Assembly (NCBI RefSeq): GCF_964213995.1
Contig: NC_135826.1
Span: 15,128,001 to 15,192,000 of the forward strand
Length of the DNA stretch: 64,000 nucleotides
Direction: 5' to 3'
DNA from: Mustelus asterias
Lineage: Eukaryota
Under the pieces are notes generated by a model. The model did not search any database. It saw nothing but the letters and a program-made list of their open reading frames with translations, and was not told the origin of the DNA. Numbering within the stretch: the stretch's first letter is position 1; each line of letters opens with the position of its first letter. Position numbers and translations under genes: made by a program. Positions 1-10,220 of the stretch are shown piece by piece.

Positions 1-564
1 TGGTTCAAGAAGATGGTTCGCCATCACGTTCTCAAGGGGAATTAGGGATGGGCAACAAATGCTGGCCTAACCAGCGATACCCACATTCCATGAACAAATA
101 AAAATAAGAATGGTCACTATTGATTGCTGTTGGCACCTTCAGCACCTGTGTGGCAGCAGCGACCCAAAAATGAGTTAAACTTCATCCAGAGAAGGAATAA
201 AATCACACATTGGATCAGTTAACCCTTAGGTGGAGAAATAAGATGGATGTCATCGAATTGAAGGTCATTGTACATCTCAAAGGATTTTCCTCCTATGACT
301 TTGATTGAGAGGCCGCTATCACCCAGAGTTAAACTGGTCATGTGATGTTCGGTGAATAAAACTGTTGGGTCCATGAACACAAGCAACAAACATGGCAGAA
401 ATTCAGGAGCAATTTTTGTTAAAATTGACCTTGTTCAGATTGCATCGGAGACAATCTCCCTAAAAACAGTGAGTGTCTGACAGACTTAAAGAAACACGTC
501 AAATTAAACAGAAACCAAGATATTTGTGTATTGTTGGTATAAGATACAGATTTGGAGGGTTTGA

Positions 565-775
565 TTCTGTTCTGGACAGCCCCACTCCTTAAAATAACAT
601 TGCACAGTTCCTGCTGGGACCCCAGGTGGTTGTTAGTTTCACCCACTGGAGGAAGCTGGTTTGGGCGGCACAAAATCATATTTAAAATCTAAAGCTGATT
701 GGATGGGGCAGCCATCTAAATGCGGTTTAACTTCACTCTATCCCCTTCAATATTTAAATGAGGTGAAATTATTAC
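565..775. promoter_or_regulatory. Conserved non-coding block upstream of IgL cluster 1 (candidate enhancer)
   Basis: Core TTCTGGACAG..CTCCTTAAAATAACATTGCACAGTTCC..GACCCCAGGTG..CTGATTGG recurs at ~33615-33825 and ~54982-55185; contains E-box CAGGTG (623-628) and a CCAAT box. Function is inferred. Confidence 0.45.
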
Positions 776-786
776 ATCCACGGGTT

Positions 787-2955
787 AGATAGAACATAGA
801 TAGAACATAGAACATTACAGCACAGAACAGGCCCTTCGGCCCACGATGTTGTGCCGACCTTCATCTGAAACCAAGATCAAGCTATCCCACTCCCTACCAT
901 CCTGGTGTGCTCCATGTGCCTATCCAATAACCGCTTAAATGTTCCTAAAGTGTCTGACTCCACTATCACTGCAGGCAGTCCATTCCACACCCCAACCACT
1001 CTCTGCGTGAAGAACCTACCTCTGATATCCTTCCTATATCTCCCACCATGAACCCTATAGTTATGCCCCCTTGTAATAGCTCCATCCACCCGAGGAAATA
1101 GTCTTTGAACGTTCACTCGATCTATCCCCTTCATCATTTTATAAACCTCTATTAAGTCTCCCCTCAATCTCCTCCGCTCCAGAGAGAACAGCCCCAGCTC
1201 CCTCAACCTTTCCTCATAAGACCGACACTCCAAAACAGGCAGCATCCTGGTAAATCTCCTCTGCACTCTTTCCAGCGCTTCCACATCCTTCTTATAGTGA
1301 GGTGACCAGAACTGCACGCAATATTCCAAATGCGGTCTCACCAAGGTCCTGTACAGTTGCAGCATAACCCCACGGCTCTTAAACTCCAACCCCCTGTTAA
1401 TAAAAGCTAACACACTATATGCCTTCTTCACAGCTCTATCCACTTGAGTGGCAACCTTTAGAGATCTGTGGATATGGACCCCAAGATCTCTCTGTTCCTC
1501 CACAGTCTTCAGAACCCTACCTTTGACCCTGTAATCCACATTTAAATTTGTCCTACCAAAATGAATCACCTCACATTTATCAGGGTTAAACTCCATTTGC
1601 CATTTTTCAGCCCAGCTTTGCATCCTATCTATGTCTCTTTGCAGCCTACAACAGCCCTCCACCTCATCCACTACTCCACCAATCTTGGTGTCATCAGCAA
1701 ATTTACTGATCCACCCTTCAGCCCCCTCCTCTAAGTCATTAATAAAAATCACAAAGAGCAGAGGACCAAGCACCGATCCCTGCGGCACTCCGCTAGCAAC
1801 CTGCCTCCAGTCCGAAAATTTTCCATCCACCACCACCCTCTGTCTTCGATCAGATAGCCAGTTACCTATCCAATCGGCCAACTTTCCCTCTATCCCACAC
1901 CTCCTTACTTTCATCATAAGCCGACCATGGGGGACCTTATCAAACGCCTTACTAAAATCCATGTATATGACATCAACCGCCCTACCTTCATCAACACACC
2001 TAGTTACCTCCTCAAAAAATTCTATCAAATTTGTGAGGCACGATTTGCCCTTCACAAATCCATGCTGACAATCCCGGATTAATCCGCATCTTTCTAAATG
2101 GTCGTAAATCCCATCCCTAAGGACCTTTTCCATCAATTTACCAACCACCGAAGTCAGACTAACCGGTCTATAATTACCAGGGTCATTTCTATTCCCTTTC
2201 TTAAACAGAGGAACAACATTTGCCACTCTCCAGTCCTCTGGCACCATCCCCGTGGACAGCGAGGACCCAAAGATCAAAGCCAAAGGCTCTGCAATCTCAT
2301 CCCTCGCCTCCCAAAGAATTCTAGGATACATTTCATCAGGCCCAGGGGACTTGTCGACCTTCAGTTTATTCAAAACTGCCAATACATCCTCCCTCCGAAC
2401 ATCTATTTCCTCCAGCCTATTAGCCTGTAACACCTTCTCTTCCTGAAAAACATGGCCCCTCTCCTTGGTGAACACTGAAGAAAAGTATTCATTCATCACC
2501 TCGCCTATCTCTACTGATTCCATACACAAGTTCCCACTACTGTCCTTGACCGGCCCTAACCTCACCCTGGTCATTCTTTTATTCCTCACATAAGAGTAAA
2601 AAGCCTTGGGGTTTTCCTTGATCCGACCCGCCAAGGCCTTCTCATGTCCCCTCCTAGCTCTCCTCAGCCCCTTTTTCAGCTCATTCCTTGCTAACTTGCA
2701 ACCCTCAATCGAGCCATCTGAACCTTGTTTCCTCATCCCTACATAAGCTTCCCTCTTCCTTTTCACAAGACATTCCACCTCTTTTGTGAACCACGGTTCC
2801 CTCACTCGACCATTTCCTCCCTGCCTGACAGGGACATACCTATCAAGGACACCCAGTATTTGTTTCTTGAAAAAGTTCCACTTTTCATCAGTGCCTTTCC
2901 CTGACAATTTCTGTTCCCATCTTATGCCCCCTAATTCTTGCCTAATCGCATCATA
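787..2955 (-). mobile_element. CR1-clade LINE, 5'-truncated, young; RT ORF 877-2907
   Basis: ORF has GVPQGSVLGP, FADD and YRPVSLTS motifs; (TAGAACA)n-type 3' tail at ~787-813; near-identical to the copies at 24.0-26.9 kb and 42.3-44.7 kb. Confidence 0.95.
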
Positions 2956-3366
2956 GATGTACAGTTTTGTGCTGTAGATTCACACTCTCTCTGCGATGAA
3001 TTTCAATGATATGCCGAATGCGGCAGAATGAGTTCTTCATTTACTCCATCCACCAAGAGCCAACTTGTCCCAAAGCAATTTGATGCCAGGTATGGATTGA
3101 AAAACAGCTACAAATACACACTGAGACCTTGAATCCAGGCCTTTTCCTCCACATCTCCCCCACCGTCCCTCCAACCAGCAACAACTTACAGCACAGAAAC
3201 GGGCCATTCAGCCCAACCAATCCATGCTAGAATGCATGCTCCACTCAAGCCTCCTCCCAACTTCCCTCATCTAAATCTACCATTGTAATCCTCCATTCCT
3301 TTCCCTCACTCTCTCACATGCTTGTCTAGCTTCTCCTTAAATATTCCTACACTATTTGCTTCAAAC

Positions 3367-3573
3367 GTTCTCCCCGTGTCTGTGTGGGTTTCCTCCGGGT
3401 GCTCCGGTTTCCTCCCATAGTCCAAAGACGTGCTGGTTAGGTGGATTGGCCATGCTAAATTCTTCCTCAGTGTACCCGAACAGGCGCCGGAGTGTGGCGA
3501 CTAGGGGATTTTCACAGTAACTTCATTGCAGTGTTAATGTAAGCCTACTTGCGACACTAATAAATAAACTTTA
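3367..3573 (+). mobile_element. V-SINE/HE1-like SINE fragment
   Basis: Core TTCTCCCCGTGTCTG.GTGGGTTTCCTCCGGGTGCTCCGGTTTCCTCCCA recurs about 10 times in the window. Confidence 0.8.
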
Positions 3574-3769
3574 ACTGTCCCTGTGGGTCAAGAATCTTTA
3601 CACTCAATGTTCTGATTCTATGAAAATAACTGACTCAGATAATAGAATGTATTACACAACACAAGAATGATTATGTGGTACAGCAGTGAGTTTTTGTGTT
3701 ACTTTAAACTCCAATCTTGAGCAGAATAAACAACCATCTGAAAGAGTGCTAAGTAGGAAATGTCTGAGC

Positions 3770-4235
3770 TCTGACGAAGGGTCATCCCGACTCGAGACAT
3801 TGGCTCTATTCTCTCTCCACAGATGCTGTCAGAATCATAGAATCCGTACAGTGCAGAAGGAGGCCATTCGGCCCACTGAGCCTGTTCCGACAAAAATCTC
3901 ACCCATGCCCTACCCCAGTAACCCACATATTTGTCCTGCTAATCCCCCTGACACTAGGGGCAATTTAGCATGGACAATCCATCTAACCTGCACATCTTTG
4001 GAGTGTGGGAGGAAACCAGAGCACCCGGAGGAAACCCACGCAGACACGGGGAGAACATGCAGACTCCACACAGACAGTCACCCAGGGCCAGAATTGAACC
4101 CAGGTCCCTGGCGCTGTGAGACAGCAGTGCTAACCACTGTGTCACCGTGTCACACAAATCTCCGACCTGCTGAGAATTCCAGCATTTTCTGTACTTGTTT
4201 CAGATTCCAGCATCCACAGTATTTTGCTTTTATTA
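3770..4235. mobile_element. Short Penelope-like repeat (+) interrupted by a V-SINE (-, ~3835-4150)
   Basis: CTGACGAAGGGTC...TCTCTCCACAGATGCTG...GACCTGCTGAG..TCCAGCATTTTCTG resembles the reverse complement of 33950-34080; SINE core lies on the minus strand inside it. Confidence 0.6.
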
Positions 4236-4250
4236 TAATGTCCAATGATT

Positions 4251-4440
4251 AACTATCTTCAGTTTGAAATGTGATTCAGTCTCTAACTGGGCTGAGGTGT
4301 CACTACATCAATCTCAATCTCTGACACTGAATGGGAGGCTTTCAGATCCTTGCTCTGATTGGTGAGTGTCAATTCTCTAATTTGCATGGCTGTCCTTCCT
4401 GTTGTGAATGGCTCTATAAGTGGCTCCAATGGGCAGCTGC
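4251..4440 (+). promoter_or_regulatory. IgL V promoter, cluster 1
   Basis: Octamer ATTTGCAT 4380-4387, ATTGG 4358-4362, TATAAG 4415-4420; near-identical to 34651-34840. Confidence 0.9.
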
Positions 4441-4501
4441 TGCCACACTCTGTCACACACACACTCACTGAAGGGAGGCAGCAAGCTCACTGGCACAAAG
4501 G

Positions 4502-4547
4502 ATGTAGACCTGGTGTTTTTTCTGCTCTCTGGCACTGTGTCTGGGCT
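4502..4547 (+). pseudogene. IgL leader exon, cluster 1, nonsense at codon 2
   Basis: ATG TAG ACC TGG... versus ATG TGG ACC TGG in cluster 2; donor GTAAGT at 4548. Confidence 0.9.
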
Positions 4548-4652
4548 GTAAGTACAAACACTGAACTCTGCTCCTGCTGCAGCAGCAGACGGGGGGCTTG
4601 GAATCACTTTCAGACAGTCAATTTATAATGTTTAATCCCTGCTCTCTTACAG

Positions 4653-4978
4653 ATGGACAGACTCAGACTCTGACTCAGCCTCCAGACCTGAGTGTGAAAC
4701 CGGGAAACACGGCCACACTGGACTGTAACATTGGAACGGGTGATAGCTATTATGTGAGCTGATACAAGCAGACCCCAGGAGCAGCTCCTCAATGGGCCCT
4801 CAGCTTTTACCATTCTCACAGCGCCCCCACCTATGGATCTGGGTTTAGCAGCGACCGTTTCACATCGACAGTCAACAGCGGCCACAACATTTACCAGTTA
4901 ATCATAAAGAACGTGGGGGTGAATGATGCTGCCGTCTATTACTGTGGAAAGTGGGTCACCTCGAGAAGTACTTCGTGC
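4653..4978 (+). pseudogene. IgL sigma-type V segment (V1), pseudogene
   Basis: TTACAG acceptor; translates GQTQTLTQPPDLSVKPGNTATLDCNIGTGDSYYVS*YKQTPGAAPQWALSFYHS...DAAVYYCGKW; the conserved FR2 Trp is TGA at 4760-4762. Confidence 0.93.
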
Positions 4979-5006
4979 CACAGTGACAGAAGGTAAAACA
5001 AAAACT
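4979..5006 (+). other. 12-RSS of V1
   Basis: CACAGTG + 12-bp ACAGAAGGTAAA + ACAAAAACT; identical to the V2 RSS. Confidence 0.95.
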
Positions 5007-5042
5007 GAGATCAAACAATAGTGAATAATTAATGACTGGACC

Positions 5043-5408
5043 TGATGCGTGATATAACTCACGAGGCTAGAGATGCTCAAGGAAATAAAGGCTTTTATTT
5101 ACTATTACAATGAAGCTACCATATATAGTACACGATCCCAGACTGAGGGGTCCCAGACAGAGCAGTGACCTTTACACCTCTCCCAGGAGGCGGAGCCCGA
5201 CTGGGATGTACCATAATAACTATAATACAGGTAGAACAGCCCAACCCTAACCCCAACAGCAACAAGTAGAACAACCCAACCCTAACCCCAACAGTAACAA
5301 GTAGAACAACCCAACCCTAACCCCAACAGCAACATATATATAGACTCATAGTACTGGCCAGACCCTGGCTCAGTACTACCTGGTGGGAACCAACGATGGT
5401 TCACCACA
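5043..5408 (-). repeat. 3' LTR (366 bp)
   Basis: Direct repeat of 9532-9862 with about 5 substitutions and one extra 35-bp unit. Confidence 0.95.
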
Positions 5409-5474
5409 TTCACCCCTCCTTTGAAGACAAAGGCCAGCGTGGTACAAAAAAACACAGAATAATTCGTCATCAGT

Positions 5475-8400
5475 CTATAAGTTCAGACGGTCAGGGGGAC
5501 CGCACCGTCGTTGTGACCTCCTCAACACCGGCGATGACACCGGAGTAGGCACTCGCGGTGGCGTTCTCCCCAAGGCGGTGTCCAACGGCTCCTCCACTGT
5601 CTCACGGGCCGGCTGACCCCGAGGTGATGACAATCCGTTGAGTTCCGACACGCCTTGAAGTGGCGACCATCTCCTGGACTCAGGCAAGCTGTACACGGGA
5701 GTAAAAGGGTTAAGTGATGGTCCCGATGCTGCCCGCGCCGTGTCAGGAGGGGAAACAATAGTTGGGGGATCTCTAACAGGAGGTATGGGAGCGACAGGGG
5801 TTTCCAAGTCCCCTGCTGGCGCCAGGTCTCGAATCGAGACCGTGTCCTCTCGCCCGTCAGGGTATGCCACATTGGCATACTGAGGGTTGGCGTGGAGGAG
5901 ATGGACCTGTTCAACCAAAGGGTCGGACTTGCGGGCCCTAACATGTCACCGCAGGAGGACAGGTCCTGAGTACGCCAACCAAGACGGTAACGAGGTCCCA
6001 GAGGAAGACTTCCGAGGGAATGAAAACAGCCTCTCATGGGGAGTAGCGTTGGTTGCCGTACACAGGAGTGAGCGTATGGAGTGGAGCGCATCAGGGAGCA
6101 CCTCTTGCCAACGGGAGACTGGAAGGCTTTTTGACTTCAACGCCAGTAAGACAGCCTTCCAGACTGTAGCATTCTCACGTTCCACCTGTCCGTTACCCCT
6201 GGGGTTGTAGCTCATGGTTCTACTAGAGGCAATCCCGTATGAGAGCAGGTATTGCCTCAAGTCATCGCTCATGAACGACGAGCCCCTATCGCTGTGGATG
6301 TAGCAGGGGTACCCGAACAGGGTGAAAAGATCACGAAATGCCTTGATAACCGTGGCAGCGGTGGTATCAGAGCAGGGAATGACAAAAGAGAATCTCAAGT
6401 ACTCATCAATGATGTTGAGGAAGTACACATTCCGATCTGTCAAGGGAAGGGGGCCCTTAAAGTCCACACTCAGTCTTTCGAAGGGACGAGTGGCCTTAAC
6501 GAGTTGTGCCCTGTCAGGTCGGTAAAAGTGCGGTTTGCATTCCGCGCATACCCGACAGCTTCTAGTTATGGACCTGACATCCTCCACTGAGTAGGGTAGA
6601 TTCCGGGCTTTCACGAAGTGGTAGAGCCGAGTGACCCCTGGATGGCAGAGGTCATTGTGGAGAGCCTGCAAACGGTCCTCCTGCATACTGGCGCATGTTC
6701 CACGCGACAGGGCATCCGAGGGCTCGTTGAGTTTCCCTGGACGATACATGATGTCGTAATTATAGGTGGAGAGTTCGATTCTCCACCTCAAGATCTTGTC
6801 GTTCTTGATCTTGCCCCGTAACGTGTTATTGAACATGAACGCCACGGACCGCTGGTCCGTGATCAGGGTGAACCGTTTTCCCGCCAAGTAATGGCGCCAA
6901 TGCCGGACGGCCTCCACAATGGCCTGGGCCTCCTTTTCCACCGCTGAATGTCGAATTTCGGTGCCTTGGAGGGTGCGAGAAAAAAAGGCGACGGGCCTGC
7001 CCGCCTGGTTAAGTGTGGCGGCCAGGGCGAAATCAGATGCATCGCTCTCCACCTGAAAGGGGATGGACTCATCGACAGCGTGCATCGTGGCTTTCGCGAT
7101 GTCGGCTTTTAGTTTATCAAAGGCCAAACGAACCTCTGGTGCTAAGGGAAAAGAGGTAGACTTGATGAGCGGACGGGCTTTGTCCGCATAATTGGGAACC
7201 CACTGTGCGTAGTAAGAGAAGAAGCCTAAGCATCTTCTCAGTGCTTTTGTGTTAGTGGGTAGGGGAAGTTCGAGGAGGGGACGCATACGGTCTGGATCAG
7301 GGCCGATGACCCCGTTTTCCACCACGTATCCAAGGATGGCTAGGCGGCGCATACGAAATACACACTTCTCCCTGTTGTAGGTCAGGTTCAGGCGAGATGC
7401 AGTGCGTAGGAATTTAAGGAGATTGGTATCATGGTCCTGCTGGTCATGGCCGCAGATGGTGACGTTATCCAGGTATGGGAAGGTAGCCCGCAGTCCGTTC
7501 TGGTCCACCATTCGGTCCATAGCACGCTGGAAGACCGAGACCCCATTGGTGACACCAAAAGGAACCCTTAGAAAATGGTACAAGCGACCATCCACCTCAA
7601 AAGCCGTGTATTGTCAGTCCTCTGGGCGAATGGGGAGCTGGTGGTAGGCAGACTTTAGGTCGATGATGGAGAACACCCGGTACTGTGCAATCTGATTGAC
7701 CATGTCAGATATGCGCGGGAGGGGATACGCATCCAGCTGCGTGTATCTATTAATGGTCTGACTATAGTCAATGACCATCTGGGGTTTGTTCCCACTCTTG
7801 ACCACCACGATCTGCGCTCTCCAAGGACTAGCGCTAGATTGTATGATCCCTTCCTTGAGGAGCCGCTGAACCTCAGATCGAATGAAGATCTGATCCTCAG
7901 CGCTGTAACGCCTACTCTTAGTTGCGATGGGCTTGCAGCCTGGCACAAGATTCTGGAATAGGGAGGGTGTGGTAATCTTCAGCGTCGAGAGGCTACAGGT
8001 GGAGCGCGTTGGGCAATTTGGAGGCTGCTGTTCTCCCACTGAAAGCGGAGGGAGTGGCCCACCGTACTGTAGGGTTACACTCTTTAAGTGGACCATGAAA
8101 TTTAGTCCGAGGAGTATTGGCGCGCAAAGGTGCGGTAACATCAGGAGCTTGAAGCTCTCGTAAACCGTGCCCTGCACCGTTAAATTTACCACGCAACTCC
8201 CTAGCACGGTGACAGACCGGGACCTTGATGCCATCGAAATCGTCTGCTTGACAGGTTGGATCCGGAGGCCACACCGCTTCACAGCGTCTGGGTGAATAAA
8301 ACTCTCCGTGCTCCCGCTGTCAAACAGACAATAAATCAAGCGTTTGTTTACCTGTATGTCCATCATGGACTTGTCGAGTCTGTGAGGCTTTGCCTGGTCT

Positions 8401-9461
8401 AAGATGATCGACGCCACCATTGGTTCGTGAGCGCCACTGCAGGCAGCTGAGATGGATGAAGATGACCCCTGCTGGTCGTTCACGGTCGGTGCCGACCAAA
8501 ATGGCTGCTCCCATAGGTTGCACGTGGGCGATGGCGCCAAAATCAGCGACCCCTGGTGGTCGCGCGTCTCTTGCGACTCCGTCGTCTGCAATGGCGACGT
8601 CCTGGCCTCGCACGTGGAAGAAACCCTCGACGATGCCGACGACGAGGAACCCGGCTCCAGGGAGTCGCAGGCCACACTGCTGTTCCTGGAAGTAAGTTTG
8701 GATCGACATACCTTCGAATAATGCCCCTTCTTGCCGCAGGCGGAGCACAACACCGCTTTAGCGGGACATCGCTGCCGAGTGTGCTTCACTCCCCCACAGA
8801 AGTAACACCGCGGGCCGCCTGGAGCTGCTGCCGTCGTCAGGCCCGAGTGTGGGCACGCCATCACGTAGCTTTTTAGACCCGAGGGACGAGGTGCGATCTG
8901 CGACTGCTCCTGCCACGCTGTCTCCACGTGGTCTTCGGGATACAACGCTAGGCTTTTGGAGGCCGTCTCCAGCGTATCCGCTAGTTCTATCGACTTAGTG
9001 AGATCGAGATTACCTTGCTCCAACAGTCGGAGTCGGATATAAGACGATCCGATTCCCGCCACAAACGCATCTCGAGCGAGGTCATTCATGTTTTGGTCTG
9101 CCGACACTGCTTTGCAGTTACAGCCCCTGGCTAGCTGTAGAAGCTCGCACGTGTACTGTTCCGTCGTTTTGCCGGGCTGCCGTCGTCGAGTGGCTAAAAG
9201 ATATCGAGCATGCATCTCGTTTGGCGGTTTAATGTAGCGCTTCTTAAGAAGCTCGAGGGCCCCTTTGTAGTCGGTGGCCGCACGGATCGCTAAATATACA
9301 GCGCCGCTTACCCTCACGTGGAGGACCCGGAGTCTGTCGTCGTCTGTGGTAACCGCTGCGGAGGCTGCAAGGTAGTCCTGAAAACATTTCAACCAGTGGT
9401 CGAAGGTGTTGGAGGCGCCCGCCGCACGTGGGTCCAGCGTAAGATGTTCGGGTTTTAACAT
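5475..9461 (-). pseudogene. gag-pol polyprotein, one reading frame with two in-frame stops
   Basis: ORFs 7614-9569, 5946-7595 and 5475-5918 are in frame, joined across TGA at 7614-7616 and 5946-5948. Zinc knuckle CSACGKKGHYSKVC, protease FDSGS, RT YLDN, RNase H SDASD, integrase HSDRG..GQVER. Confidence 0.9.
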
Positions 9462-9531
9462 TTGCTCTATACTCTCTGTATCGTTTTCCTTTTTTTTTAA
9501 CGACGAGAGTTCAATTAATAGTAAATAAAAT

Positions 9532-9862
9532 TGATGCGCGATATAACTCACGAGGCTAGAGATGCTCAAGGAAATAAAGGCTTTTATTTACTATTACAAT
9601 GAAGCTACCATATATAATACACGATCCCAGACTGAGGGGTCCCAGACAGAGCAGTGATCTTTATACCTCTCCCAGGAGGCGGAGCCCGACTGGGATGTAC
9701 CATAATAACTATAATACAGGTAGAACAGCCCAACCCTAACCCCAACAGTAACAAGTAGAACAACCCAACCCTAACCCCAACAGCAACATATATACAGACT
9801 CATAGTACTGGCCAGACCCTGGCTCAGTACTACCTGGTGGGAACCAACGATGGTTCACCACA
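9532..9862 (-). repeat. 5' LTR (331 bp)
   Basis: Pair of 5043-5408; minus-strand TATAAA at 9660-9665 and AATAAA near 9583-9588. Confidence 0.95.
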
Positions 9863-10144
9863 GTACCTGATAAAACTCTACAATAATATACATTTGGTAA
9901 AATCACTTTAATTTTCTTGTTTGTTCAGTTTTGTTCCAAATTACATAATGTCATAATTCGTTACATTCTGAATCTCACTCCTCACTGTTGGATGTTGATG
10001 ATATTTTACTGTCAGTGTGTGGGTGGGTGCCTGAGTTCATTCCTTACTGTCCCTCGCCAACTGGGACACTGGGAATGTGTGAAGCCAGTTTCAGATCTCC
10101 AATCTCAGTATTAATGTGTTTTCTGTCTGATTTCCAGGATTGGG

Positions 10145-10183
10145 GATAACTGTATGGACTGAACCCTAAAACGTCACACTGTG
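10145..10183 (-). other. 23-RSS of J1
   Basis: CACTGTG 10177-10183; degenerate nonamer GATAACTGT at 23-bp spacing. Confidence 0.8.
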
Positions 10184-10220
10184 AATGAGTTCGGCCAAGG
10201 GACCAAACTCTTTGTTGCAG
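10184..10220 (+). CDS. IgL J segment J1 (NEFGQGTKLFVA)
   Basis: FGxG motif; donor G|GTAAGT at 10221. Confidence 0.93.

Larger units (their letters stand above)
5043..9862 (-). mobile_element. Full-length Ty3/Gypsy LTR retrotransposon (Mag-like Gag) inserted in the V1-J1 interval
   Basis: Two TG...CA LTRs; flanks GGACC/GTACC (5-bp TSD, one mismatch); PPT AAAGGAGGGGTGAA next to the 3' LTR; Gag-PR-RT-RH-IN order. Confidence 0.95.

Noticed and set aside
1631-2446. Recurrent ORFs antisense to CR1 RT (also 25654-26091, 43134-44097)
   Set aside because: Shadow frames of the LINE ORF2; they recur only because the element is repeated.
4359-4628. Duplicated 89-aa ORF (also 34759-35028)
   Set aside because: Runs across promoter, leader and intron in another frame; shared only through cluster duplication.
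5238-5335. 35-bp repeat as a CRISPR array or interstitial telomere
   Set aside because: No unique spacers, eukaryotic context, only single CCCTAA hexamers inside an LTR.
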